Source: an uncultured delta proteobacterium
Lineage (GTDB): Bacteria; Myxococcota_A; Polyangia; Polyangiales; Polyangiaceae
Reading direction: 5' to 3'
DNA: 64,000 nt
Assembly (NCBI GenBank): GCA_963716725.1
Contig: CAVQUB010000006.1
Coordinates: 183,027 to 247,026, forward strand
Part shown: one piece after another, positions 9,832-20,311 of the stretch
Layout: every line of letters begins with the position of its first letter
Numbering within the stretch: position 1 is the first letter of the stretch
Made by a program: the position numbers and the translations under genes
Notes under the pieces: generated by a model
Seen by the model: only the letters and a program-made list of their open reading frames with translations
Told to the model about the DNA's origin: nothing
Database searches by the model: none

Positions 9832-10823
9832 GACGCGCTCCCCTCGAGGGCGCGGCGGCGCTCGACGAGCGCAGCGCGGATCTTGGCGACCTCGCCGTCG
9901 ACGCGGACGCGGCGCTCCGGATCCGACTCTTTGGCGAGCCTCGCCTTCGCAAACGCGAGCTGCACCTGGAGGTTGTGCACGCTCCGGATCCCGAAGAAGT
10001 AGCCGAGCTTGAAGCTCGCAAACGCCTTGGCGTAGGCAACCTGCCGCGCCACGACGCTCTTCAAAAGCGGGAGATCCGCCGCGCCCACCGCACCGGTCTG
10101 CACTTCGTCATCGAGATGACCGTGGATGGCATGACGCTCCGCCGTGAGCGCGTAGACGGCGACCGCTCCGATCAACAAGCCCGGCGCACCGAGGGCCAGG
10201 TTGGAGCGCAGCGCGCCGCTGTCGCCGAGGGCATTTCCGTGCTTCAGGAGCTGGTGCGCCGCGTCCGCGAGCACGGCGCCCACGAGCGCCGCTACGGGCA
10301 AGAGCGCCCGCGCCACCGGCGCTTTAGCCTCCGATGCGAGGCCGAAGCCCGCACCAATGATCGCGCCCACGACACCGTCCGACAAACCCGAGAGCGCGAG
10401 CTTGCCAAAGCTGGCCACCTCGGACACCGCGAGGCCGGGGATGCTGATGGCCGAAAATGTGAGCTGGTTGATCAGTTGCTCGCCGACGCCGAAGCCGAGA
10501 CCGCCGCAGGTCCCGTAGACGATGCCATCCATCGTGCCGTTGAACTCCTCCCAGCCGCGCCGCTGCCCGTACGCAACCAGGACCCCGACGCCGGCGCCGA
10601 TGGCTAGAAACTTCACCAGCTCTCTGACCGAGGCGCTCGCCCACAGGTTCAGGCCCAGCGTGCTCTGGTTGATGCCCACCGAAGTCGCTGCGGCGCCAAG
10701 GGCGCCGAAGGCGAACACCATGAGCATGGCCCACAGCGGCTCCTTCTCGTTCATGTCGACGAAGCGCACGACGGCCAGGTAGAGCAACGCGAGCAGCAGC
10801 GTGGAGATCAGTGTCGAGGTCAT
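9828..10823 (-). CDS. PrsW-family intramembrane protease homologue with degenerate catalytic motifs
   Basis: DMNEKEPLW, MDGIVYG...GLGFGVGE; multiple TM helices. Confidence 0.8.
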   Translation of the reverse strand: MTSTLISTLLLALLYLAVVRFVDMNEKEPLWAMLMVFAFGALGAAATSVGINQSTLGLNLWASASVRELVKFLAIGAGVGVLVAYGQRRGWEEFNGTMDGIVYGTCGGLGFGVGEQLINQLTFSAISIPGLAVSEVASFGKLALSGLSDGVVGAIIGAGFGLASEAKAPVARALLPVAALVGAVLADAAHQLLKHGNALGDSGALRSNLALGAPGLLIGAVAVYALTAERHAIHGHLDDEVQTGAVGAADLPLLKSVVARQVAYAKAFASFKLGYFFGIRSVHNLQVQLAFAKARLAKESDPERRVRVDGEVAKIRAALVERRRALEGSAS

Positions 10824-10847
10824 TGAAAGCCCCCTCCGGAGCCGACC

Positions 10848-11930
10848 CTAGTCGATTTCCTTCTTCCGCGTGAAGCCCGCGCGCTCCAGCGCAGGGTGGC
10901 CCGCCGCGAGCCACTCGGCCACCTTCGCCCGGGTGGTGCGGTAGGCGTGCTCGAGGATCTTGCGCCGTGCGGCGAAGCTCGCCGGGTTGTGCATGAAGAG
11001 CAGCGCGTCGGTCGGATCAGGCTCGATCAGCAGGATCTTGGTGGCGCCGCCGCCCGCGATGCGCAGCAGCGACTCCTGCAACTGCCGGTGCATGCCGATG
11101 CGGATCGATTGATTCATGACCCACATCAACCCCTTGTCCCTGACGCTACCCTTCAGCCCGTGCCCGGTCGGAACGGTCTCCGCACGCACCGGCACCATGG
11201 GGTTCACGACCACGATGACGTCGGCGCCCTCGGATGCCGCAACGTCGAGATGAGAAACCTGAGCCGAGCCCGCGTCGATGTACCAGCGGTCGGCGATGCG
11301 CACCGGCGAGAAGAACGGCGCGACGGCCATGCTGGCGATGCACGCTCGGGTCACGGAGACGTGATCGAATCCTTCGCCACCGAAGGCGATCTGCTCCGCC
11401 GAGTCGAGGTCGTGCGCCATGACCCGGAGCGGCTTGGGCATGCCGTGAAAGGTGTTGGGGATCCCGCGACGCACGAAGAAGTCTTCGAGGAAGCGCTCGT
11501 AGGCGTCGAGGGAGAAGAGGCCCGACGGCAAGGTGTCGTAGAAACGATCGAGCTCTTCCCAGAGCACGGCGGGCGAGGGCGCCGGCGCCCTCGAGAGGAG
11601 GCTGCTGGTTCCATGACGCAGCGCCTGCCAGGCGCTGACCAGCGTTCGCCTCCAGGCGTCCAGATCCATCTTCAGGATGTGCTTGCGCTCGAGCGGAAAG
11701 TACTGGTCCGCGGGATCGAGGAACGCTCGATACATGCGGGCGGGCGGCTGCCCCGCCGCCAAGACCGCGGCCACGCTCGCGCCGCTGTTGGTGCCGACGT
11801 AGAGATCGAAGCCCCGCTCCGCGAGCCCGCTCAGGGCGTCTTCGAGGGCGGCGAGGGCACCGATCTGGAACATGGCGCCGGTCGCGCCTCCGCCCGGGAG
11901 ACACAGCGCGATTCGGGCCGCAGCGCTCAC
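10848..11930 (-). CDS. Patatin-like phospholipase homologue
   Basis: GGGATG oxyanion loop; GTNSG at the GxSxG position; YIDAG at the DGG position. Confidence 0.85.
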   Translation of the reverse strand: MSAAARIALCLPGGGATGAMFQIGALAALEDALSGLAERGFDLYVGTNSGASVAAVLAAGQPPARMYRAFLDPADQYFPLERKHILKMDLDAWRRTLVSAWQALRHGTSSLLSRAPAPSPAVLWEELDRFYDTLPSGLFSLDAYERFLEDFFVRRGIPNTFHGMPKPLRVMAHDLDSAEQIAFGGEGFDHVSVTRACIASMAVAPFFSPVRIADRWYIDAGSAQVSHLDVAASEGADVIVVVNPMVPVRAETVPTGHGLKGSVRDKGLMWVMNQSIRIGMHRQLQESLLRIAGGGATKILLIEPDPTDALLFMHNPASFAARRKILEHAYRTTRAKVAEWLAAGHPALERAGFTRKKEID

Positions 11931-11931
11931 T

Positions 11932-13542
11932 CTAGCGCCCTCGCAGGTGCGGCACGACTCCGCGCTTGCAGACCGTGTCTTCGGCGAACTCGCTCCGCGT
12001 CTCGGCGTAGTCGAGGGTCGAGTGCAGCCCCCGGCTCTCTCTGCGACTGGCAGCGCTCGAAATGATCAACTCGGCGACGGTGGCGATGTTGCGGAGCTCG
12101 AGCAGGTCGCGAGTGACCAAGTGCTTCCAGTAATACTCGCGGATTTCTTCTTCGAGCAGCGCCACGCGCCGAGCCGCACGGCGCAGGCGTCCGTCACTGC
12201 GCACGATGCCGACGTAGTTCCACATCAAGCGCCGGAGCTCGTCCCAGTTCTGGGTGACGACGACGGCTTCGTCGCTGGGCACGGCGCTACCGATCTCCCA
12301 CTCCGGCACCTCGGGCAGCGGGCTGTGCCTGAGCTCGGGAAGCAGCGCGCCGGCCTTGTCCGCCGCGCGTCGGCCCAGGACCAGGCCCTCGAGCAGCGAG
12401 TTCGACGCGAGCCGATTTGCTCCGTGCAGGCCCGTGCACGCGCTCTCGCCGATGGCCATCAGGCCGGGCAGGCTCGTGCGTCCGTGCAGATCGCTGGTGA
12501 TGCCGCCGCACATGTAGTGAGCCGCGGGCACCACCGGCAGCGGGCGCTCGGTCATGTCCATGCCGTAGCGCAGGCACTGGGCGTGGATGTTGGGGAAGCG
12601 CTCCTTGACGAAGCTCGCCGGCTTGTGCGTGATGTCGAGCAGCACGTAGTCGCTTCCGCTCTTCTTCATCTCGAAGTCGATGGCCCGCGCCACCACGTCG
12701 CGCGGCGCCAAGTCGGCCATTTCGTGGTGCCGCTGCATGAACGCCTCGCGCGTCTCGGGGTGGCGCAAGATGGCCCCTTCCCCCCGCAGCGCTTCGCTGA
12801 TCAAGAAGGTCCGAGCCTGGGGATGGTGCAGGCAGGTCGGATGGAACTGGTAGAACTCCATGTTCGCGATTTCGGCGCCCGCGCGGTAGGCCATGGCCAC
12901 GCCGTCGCCCGTCGCGACGTCGGGGTTGGAGGTGTAGAGGTAGACCTTGCCCGCGCCCCCGGTGGCGATCACGGTCTGGCGCGCGAGCACGCGCCGCACG
13001 GCCCCCGATTTCTCGTCGAGCACGTACGCACCAGCGCAGGTGTCCGGTCCTCCGAACCTGCTGAGCACGATCAGATCGACACCCATGTGCCACTCGAGCA
13101 GCTGGATGTTCGGGTTCTCGGCGGCGCGCTCGAGCAAGGTGCGCTCGATCTCGCGACCGGTGATGTCGCCGGCGTGCGCGACGCGTCGCGCGGTGTGCCC
13201 GCCTTCCCTCCCCAAGTCGAGTTCACCGCTGCCGTTCCGAGAGAGCGGCACGCCGTAGTCGAGCAGTTGCCGGATCGCCGCCGGCCCTTCCTTCACGCAC
13301 AGCTCCACTGCGACGTCGTGACAGAGCCCGGCCCCCGCCGACAGCGTGTCCGCGATGTGGCGTTCGAAGCTGTCGTCCGCCGCGAGCACGGCCGCGACGC
13401 CACCCTGGGCCCACGCGGTCGACCCCTCTTCGAGCGTGCGCTTGGTGACGACGACGACGTTGCCGTGGCGCGCGGCGGAGAGCGCGAAGGTCAGCCCCGC
13501 GATGCCGCTGCCGAGGACCAGGCAGTCCGTGGTGATGGCCAT
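11932..13542 (-). CDS. nadB: L-aspartate oxidase
   Basis: LVLGSGIAGL, WAQGGVAAV, EGGHT, QFHPT, LISEALRGEG, HYMCGG, GLHGANRLASNSLLEG, RRESRGLH. Confidence 0.95.
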   Translation of the reverse strand: MAITTDCLVLGSGIAGLTFALSAARHGNVVVVTKRTLEEGSTAWAQGGVAAVLAADDSFERHIADTLSAGAGLCHDVAVELCVKEGPAAIRQLLDYGVPLSRNGSGELDLGREGGHTARRVAHAGDITGREIERTLLERAAENPNIQLLEWHMGVDLIVLSRFGGPDTCAGAYVLDEKSGAVRRVLARQTVIATGGAGKVYLYTSNPDVATGDGVAMAYRAGAEIANMEFYQFHPTCLHHPQARTFLISEALRGEGAILRHPETREAFMQRHHEMADLAPRDVVARAIDFEMKKSGSDYVLLDITHKPASFVKERFPNIHAQCLRYGMDMTERPLPVVPAAHYMCGGITSDLHGRTSLPGLMAIGESACTGLHGANRLASNSLLEGLVLGRRAADKAGALLPELRHSPLPEVPEWEIGSAVPSDEAVVVTQNWDELRRLMWNYVGIVRSDGRLRRAARRVALLEEEIREYYWKHLVTRDLLELRNIATVAELIISSAASRRESRGLHSTLDYAETRSEFAEDTVCKRGVVPHLRGR

Positions 13543-13647
13543 GGGAGCGGCAGTATTCCACCCGCTCGCGCCGCAGGGACCGACAATCCGGCTACCCGCG
13601 CCAAACGGCCCCGGCCGCCTGCGGCAAACGCTGCGCGCCCAAGCTGA

Positions 13648-13676
13648 TTGACGCGACGCCCCAAAGGATCTAACTC
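13648..13676 (+). promoter_or_regulatory. Putative sigma70 promoter of etfBA
   Basis: TTGACG followed about 16-17 nt later by (C)TAACT. Confidence 0.4.
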
Positions 13677-13801
13677 GCTCGGGCCCAGCGGGCCGTTTGC
13701 CGGGAAATCCGGCCGGACCGCGCGGCCGCCCCAGACCCACCGGCTCGATACACGGCCACCCCTCGCGGGTCCGTGGGCGGGCCACACCAAAGGAGCTCGT
13801 C

Positions 13802-14632
13802 GTGAAGATCCTGGTCCCGCTCAAGCGCGTCGCGGACCCCGCGAACCACAACAAGGTGAAGATCCCCGCCGCCGCCGACAAGATCGATACGGCGGGCCTC
13901 GAGTGGCAGATCAATCCCTTCGACCTGTACGCCCTCGAGACCGCGCTGCGGTTGACCGAGGACGGCAAGGCGCCGAAGACCCGCCTGGGAGAGGTCGTCG
14001 CCATCACGCTGGGCCCAGTCGAGACGGAGACCAACCTTCGCTCCGCCTTGGCGACGGGCGCCGATCGCGCGATTCGCGTCGACACCACCGACGACGCCCT
14101 GGACGGCCGCTTGGTCGCGGCTGCCCTGAAGGCCATCGTCGAAGAAGAGAAGCCCGACCTCGTGCTGATGGGCAAGCAGGTCGTGGATGGTGAGAACAAC
14201 TACGTCGGCCAAGCCCTCGCCGAGCTGCTCGACTGGCCCATGGCGACCTTCGCCGCGACCCTCGAGGAAGAGGCCGAAGGACTGCTGGTCGGCCGCGAAG
14301 TCGACGGCGGAGTGTCGACCCTGCGCGTGAAGTTCCCCGCGGTCGTCACCGTCGATCTGCGCATCGTGGCACCGGACAGCGTCCGCTCGACGAAGACGGC
14401 CGAGGGCTTCAAGTACCCCTACGACGAGGTGCGCTTTGCGCCGCTGCCCGCGATCATGCAGGCCAAGAAGAAGCCGCTGGCGGTCAAGCAGCTCGCTGAC
14501 CTCGTCGGCGGCACTACCCTCAGCAGCAAGTACGTGAAGTTCGAGGCGCCGCCGGCGCGCAAGGCCGGCGTGAAGGTCAAAGACGTGCAGGAGCTCGTCG
14601 CGAAGCTCGCCACCGAGGCGAAGGCCATCTGA
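13802..14632 (+). CDS. etfB: Electron transfer flavoprotein beta subunit
   Basis: GTG start after AAGGAG; KILVPLKRV, INPFDLYALE, GADRAI, LMGKQVVDGE, IMQAKKKP. Confidence 0.95.
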   Translation: MKILVPLKRVADPANHNKVKIPAAADKIDTAGLEWQINPFDLYALETALRLTEDGKAPKTRLGEVVAITLGPVETETNLRSALATGADRAIRVDTTDDALDGRLVAAALKAIVEEEKPDLVLMGKQVVDGENNYVGQALAELLDWPMATFAATLEEEAEGLLVGREVDGGVSTLRVKFPAVVTVDLRIVAPDSVRSTKTAEGFKYPYDEVRFAPLPAIMQAKKKPLAVKQLADLVGGTTLSSKYVKFEAPPARKAGVKVKDVQELVAKLATEAKAI

Positions 14633-14663
14633 GGCTCAGGCCACCTGAAGAAGGAAAAGAACC

Positions 14664-15647
<984 letters not shown>

Positions 15648-15696
15648 CGACACCAAGCATCACGCCCGCCGCGGATCACCGGATCCGCGCGGGCAT

Positions 15697-15770
15697 CGGG
15701 GCGTAGCGCAGTTTGGTAGCGCGCACGGTTCGGGTCCGTGAGGTCGGCAGTTCGAATCTGCCCGCCCCGA
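15697..15770 (+). tRNA. tRNA-Pro(CGG), copy 1
   Basis: Cloverleaf with CGGGGCG/CGCCCCG acceptor stem, anticodon loop TTCGGGT, T-loop TTCGAAT; CCA not encoded. Confidence 0.95.
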
Positions 15771-15805
15771 CAAAACCTGGGTTAAACGTCGAAGGGGAGG
15801 GAACC

Positions 15806-15988
15806 ATGGCGGAGCTGAAGAGCACCGAGCGCGGTCTCCTCATCGACATCAAGGAACTGGATCAGTTGCCTAGTTTGCGCAGCTCTCTGAGCGTCCCGCC
15901 GGCGAACATTCAGGCAGTGACGCATCCTCCCTCCGACGCGAAAGGCGGAGGCAACGTCAAGCGGCTCCTCGCCGCCATCCGGCGCTGA
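15806..15988 (+). CDS. 60-aa hypothetical protein, possibly an internally deleted remnant
   Basis: Strong GGAGG RBS before ATG 15806. Confidence 0.45.
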   Translation: MAELKSTERGLLIDIKELDQLPSLRSSLSVPPANIQAVTHPPSDAKGGGNVKRLLAAIRR

Positions 15989-15993
15989 GTGCG

Positions 15994-17244
15994 TCAGCGC
16001 CGAGTCAACCCCGGACGGAACGAACGCTTGGAGCTGCGACGACGATATCGTCGCCACGCGAGCCACGCGCCGACTGCGGGTAGCAGCGCCGCGGCGAGGA
16101 TCACGACCCGCGCGAGAGGCAGGCGCGCCTGAGGGAGCGAGGCGCACGCCAGCTCGAAGCTCAGAAACCAGACCAAGCCGGCGATGAGCGCAGGCGCGAG
16201 GAGGAGCAAGGCCAGCTGTATCACGGTCCCTGGAACCCTCAGGAAGGTCTCGATTCCGAAGCGAAGCAGCCCTTCCCTCGAGAACGCCGTGAGCACGTCC
16301 ACCACGGCCCTCGGTCCCGATTGCCCGCGCGGAAATGCGAGATGAACTTCATCCCAGCGGTCCGGTGAGAGCTTCGCCTTGAAGGCCCTGAGCCCGTGAA
16401 AATCGTAGAGTTCACTCGATGCGTCCCGGATGGCTCGGAGCCACCCGCTCACGTCGCCCGACAGCGGCGCGAGACCGAGCGTGGCATAGGCAGCGTTCTC
16501 CTCGGCGACTGCCCGGAGCGCATGGTCGATGACCAACTCGACCGTTCCGTTGGGTGCGGTCGGATCCCGCAAGAAATCCTCCAAGAGCCAGCCGTTGCGC
16601 GCGTACACCGGGACCATGCCGAGAAACGCGACGATGCGCCCGTCTTGCTCGGCGACGAAGTAGCGGTGCTCCGCCACGAAGTGAAACGGGTGCACAGCCA
16701 CGAGGAAGCCCATCGGCGCGAGAGTGAGCCTACTGCTCCAACGCTCGATGAGTCTCTCGATGTCACGCCGTCGACTCCCGGGCGCGTCGCTGGTCTCGAT
16801 GGCGTCCAGCCGTCGGACTTCTACTCCCTTGGCCCGGGCTCTCCTCAGCTGTTCGCGCAGACTCTTGGAGACAGGCCGCGAATCGGCCACTCGCCGCGGG
16901 TCCCAGACCGGCTGCTCCCCGATCAGCATCGACGCGAAGTCCACGCTTCGTAGAAAGCGGGGCTCGACGCCGAAGAAACACGCGCGTCGCCCGGCGTCGC
17001 GTGCCGCGCGTACGAATCGGCTCGCGCACATGGCCAAGCACTCCTCGGCGGCGATGGGCGCGCCGGCTGCGACCCAGGCCCCACCCGTGTCCACGTAGGC
17101 CACCGCGCCGCTCTGGTCGAACCAGTAGCAAAACCCTGGCTCTAGCACCTGAAACGAGGTCGCGTTCCAGCCGTGCGCGCGCAGCCGGTCGAGCACCTTG
17201 GCACGCTCTGGCTCGCGTTCCAGCGCAATCTCGGACTGGACCAC
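15994..17244 (-). CDS. DUF2156 / aminoacyl-phosphatidylglycerol synthase C-terminal (GNAT-like) domain protein with C-terminal TM helices
   Basis: WVAAGAPI, LREQLRRARAKGV, RDPTAPNGTVE, TLGLAPL, YDFHGLRAFKAKL. Confidence 0.85.
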   Translation of the reverse strand: MVQSEIALEREPERAKVLDRLRAHGWNATSFQVLEPGFCYWFDQSGAVAYVDTGGAWVAAGAPIAAEECLAMCASRFVRAARDAGRRACFFGVEPRFLRSVDFASMLIGEQPVWDPRRVADSRPVSKSLREQLRRARAKGVEVRRLDAIETSDAPGSRRRDIERLIERWSSRLTLAPMGFLVAVHPFHFVAEHRYFVAEQDGRIVAFLGMVPVYARNGWLLEDFLRDPTAPNGTVELVIDHALRAVAEENAAYATLGLAPLSGDVSGWLRAIRDASSELYDFHGLRAFKAKLSPDRWDEVHLAFPRGQSGPRAVVDVLTAFSREGLLRFGIETFLRVPGTVIQLALLLLAPALIAGLVWFLSFELACASLPQARLPLARVVILAAALLPAVGAWLAWRRYRRRSSKRSFRPGLTRR

Positions 17245-17459
17245 TGGGCAGAGCTATACCGCAAGCGGAGAGCTGTCCACCCCCCGCTCAGCGCCCGGGA
17301 ATATCGCTGAACTCGAAGGTCACCCGAACCTCCCGCCCGCCCGCGGTGCGCGTCTTCTCCGCTGTCGAGCGCGGAGTGCGAGTCTCGGGCACCCGCTCGG
17401 ACGTTCAACGTCATGCCTGCTTGACGCGCTCGCGCGCGCGAAGTTCGCTTCGCTCGCCC

Positions 17460-18299
17460 ATGGCCAGCAGGAAGAAGGAGGAGCCGATCCCGCTCACCGA
17501 AGCCTTGGTGTCCGAGGTCGAAGCTCGGGTTCGCGCGGCGCGCTTCGTTGCGAACAGGCAACTCGTGGGCCGCATGCTGTCGCGGCACGACGAGCTGCTG
17601 CTGATCGAAAAGCTCGTGACGCGCGGGCTCGAGCGGACGCCGAAGGGTCTGCGCGCGCCCCTCGCGGACCAAGTCGCAGCCGCGGTCGCGGGCACGAGCC
17701 CCATCCCGCTCTCCGCCCTCCCGAAGTGCGTGAGCGGCTCCACCGCAGCTGAGGTCAAACGCACGGCGCTTCAGCTCGTCGATGCGGGCAGCCTCGCGTT
17801 GGTCGCGGGCTCGCGCGTGGACGCAATCACGGTGAAGGGAGCGCACCTGCTCGATCCCGACGAGGTGGCCGCGATCCGGGATTTGAGCAAGCGCTTGACC
17901 AAACTCGTCGCGCGGCTGCGCTCGCGAAAGGGAACTCCATCGAAGACCCTGGCGCGATCCGAGGCGCAAACCCTGTTCGGGCCCGTGCTGGAGATGCTGG
18001 CCGCGCCCAACGCCGCCGCGGGGATTGCGACCGCGCGCGTCCTCGAAACCTTGGCCGAACTCGAACGGTCGCGCGGTCGCTCCGTGTTCGTCCCGGATCT
18101 GGTTCGTGCGCTGGGAACGACGCAGGCGCCTGCGCCCGCCCACCAGGCGCTGCTCGCGCTCGCCCGCGCGGGCCGGGTGGAGCTTCGCCCCGAGAGCGGC
18201 GTCGGAGCGCTGTCGCCGGCGGATCGCGCGCTGTGCCCGGCCGACGCCCAAGGCCTCGTGATTTCTTATGCCCGGGTGATTTCGGGAGAGACCGCATGA
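17460..18299 (+). CDS. Hypothetical basic protein with probable winged-helix domains
   Basis: C-terminal VFVPDLVRAL...HQALLALARAGRVELRP wHTH-like pattern; ATGA overlap with the next gene. Confidence 0.7.
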   Translation: MASRKKEEPIPLTEALVSEVEARVRAARFVANRQLVGRMLSRHDELLLIEKLVTRGLERTPKGLRAPLADQVAAAVAGTSPIPLSALPKCVSGSTAAEVKRTALQLVDAGSLALVAGSRVDAITVKGAHLLDPDEVAAIRDLSKRLTKLVARLRSRKGTPSKTLARSEAQTLFGPVLEMLAAPNAAAGIATARVLETLAELERSRGRSVFVPDLVRALGTTQAPAPAHQALLALARAGRVELRPESGVGALSPADRALCPADAQGLVISYARVISGETA

Positions 18300-20311
18300 G
18301 GGGCCCCTTCGACTTTGAACACGCCGATCCCTGGGGCAGCGACGTCGTCGATGTCGCGTCGCTCAACGCCCACGTGAGCGACGCTATCCTCTCACGGATC
18401 GAGGCCGTGCGCCGCGCAGCTCCGCTCGGTCCGGCGGAGCTGCGGTCGAGCACACTCTTGGCGTTGGGTCCGGCGGGGTCCGGCAAGACCCACCTCTTCG
18501 TGCGGGTGCGCCGCCGGTTGGGACCGCGTGCGGCCTTCGTGCTCGTTCGCCCCGAGATCGGCATCGAAGCGACGCCCCGGCACGTCCTCACCCAGATCGT
18601 CGACTCGCTGCAACACGCTGCCTCGGGCACCACGGACCGACAGTTGGATGTGATCGCAGCGTCCATGCTCGCGGCGGTGTCGGGAGAGCGGATCGGACCA
18701 CACGTGTTGCTGGAGCAGCTCCGCCAACGGGACGAACGGCTGCGCGAAGATCTGATTGAGCGGGTCACCGCTCACCTCGAGGGCTTGTACTCCGAGGTTT
18801 GGCCCGACTACCTGGAGCGCCTCCTCCGCGCACCGTTCTTGCCGGCACCCGACCGCAGGGCCGCCAACGCCTGGCTCGCCGGGCGCGAGTTGAACGACGT
18901 GCAGCTCAGCCGCCTCGGCGGTGGAGCGAGCCTCACCGACTCGGACGTCCTGCCGGCGCTACGAACACTGGCCATCGTCGCCGCGCACGGCGCTCCCATC
19001 GTGCTCGTGTTCGACCAACTCGAGAACCTGGTCACCGCGGATCGGCAGTCTTCCCGGATCTCGGCGCATGGCAACCTGGTGAGTGAGCTGCACGACACCG
19101 TCCGCGGCCTGGTCGTGGTCCAGCTCGCCCTCGACGCCGAGTGGGATCGCAACATCCGCCCAAAGCTGGCGGCTTCCCATCGCTCGCGCGTCGAAGCCAA
19201 GCTCCTCGAGCTCTCGCTCCCGACGCCGGATCAGCGCGAAGAGCTGGTGCGCGTGTGGCTCGCTCGCCTCCCGTCGGTGGATCCGCAAGAACCGTTCCCC
19301 TGGCCGTTCACCAGGGCGCAGCTCGAGGCCTGGCGCGCTGCCACCGTGATGACACCACGCATGCTGATGATCGCGTGCCGCGAGGGCTTCGAGCCGGCGC
19401 TTCGTCCGATCAACACGGCGATCTCGGCAGCAGCGGCCCCGGCCTCCGCCGGCGTCAATGTCGGTGATCGCCTGGCTGATCTCTGGGCGCTGCACCTCGA
19501 GCGCGCACGCAACGAGCTCCAGTCCGTCGCCGCCGAGGGCCGCGGCACCGATGCGGAGCGCCTGGCGAGCGCGCTGGTCGTCGCGGCGGATCTCGCCGAA
19601 CTCGACCCGTCGACCACCACCGACCGGATCACGCGCACGGTCCGGCTGGGCAAGTCGGACCGCGAAATTCGCCTGGTACAGCACGCCCATCCTCGCTCTG
19701 TCGCCGCGGCGCTCCAGCACACTCTGGCGCTCCAGCACCCCACTCGCGCGGTCGTCCTTCGTGAACACGACCTGGCGTTCCCACCGACGTGGATCAAGGT
19801 CCTCGAGCATTCGCACGAGCTGACCACGCACGGTGTCCCGCTGATCTGGCTCGCCTTCGATGATGCGGCGCGACTCGTCGCGCTCCACGACTTTCTCGCG
19901 GCGGGACGCTCCCAAGATCTCGCTGGTCCTGACGGGCGCCCGCTCGACTTCGCGACGGTAGAAGGTTGGGTGAAAGGCAGCGTCGATTGGCAGAGCTGGC
20001 CCGTGGTGCGATCGGTCGTGCTCGGGATTGCCGACGACGACGTGGATCTGGATCGCGCGCGTGCGCCCGAAGCTGCCGCAGCTCCGCTGCGGGTGCCGGA
20101 CGCAGACTCCGGGTCCGGTGCGCGTCCGGGCCCCTCCCTGGCCGTGCTTCGTCGCCTGCGCGTCGCGAGTGTCGCGCGGATACTGCGCGAAGTGCGCCGC
20201 GTCGACGCGCGTGCCACCGCCACGAGCGTGGCCCATGAGCTGAGGCAGGCAGGTCCGGCAGTGCGCTGGTACGGTCGACGCTTGTGCGCCCTCACGGAGC
20301 GTGAGCCGTGA
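18296..20311 (+). CDS. P-loop (AAA+/STAND-like) ATPase
   Basis: Walker A GPAGSGKT, Walker B VLVFDQLE, TPRMLM sensor-like segment; GTGA overlap with the next gene. Confidence 0.85.
   Translation: MRGPFDFEHADPWGSDVVDVASLNAHVSDAILSRIEAVRRAAPLGPAELRSSTLLALGPAGSGKTHLFVRVRRRLGPRAAFVLVRPEIGIEATPRHVLTQIVDSLQHAASGTTDRQLDVIAASMLAAVSGERIGPHVLLEQLRQRDERLREDLIERVTAHLEGLYSEVWPDYLERLLRAPFLPAPDRRAANAWLAGRELNDVQLSRLGGGASLTDSDVLPALRTLAIVAAHGAPIVLVFDQLENLVTADRQSSRISAHGNLVSELHDTVRGLVVVQLALDAEWDRNIRPKLAASHRSRVEAKLLELSLPTPDQREELVRVWLARLPSVDPQEPFPWPFTRAQLEAWRAATVMTPRMLMIACREGFEPALRPINTAISAAAAPASAGVNVGDRLADLWALHLERARNELQSVAAEGRGTDAERLASALVVAADLAELDPSTTTDRITRTVRLGKSDREIRLVQHAHPRSVAAALQHTLALQHPTRAVVLREHDLAFPPTWIKVLEHSHELTTHGVPLIWLAFDDAARLVALHDFLAAGRSQDLAGPDGRPLDFATVEGWVKGSVDWQSWPVVRSVVLGIADDDVDLDRARAPEAAAAPLRVPDADSGSGARPGPSLAVLRRLRVASVARILREVRRVDARATATSVAHELRQAGPAVRWYGRRLCALTEREP

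Noticed and set aside
13543..14199. N-terminal extension of nadB in the ORF track
   Set aside because: It overlaps etfB on the other strand; homology starts at MAITTD (13542)
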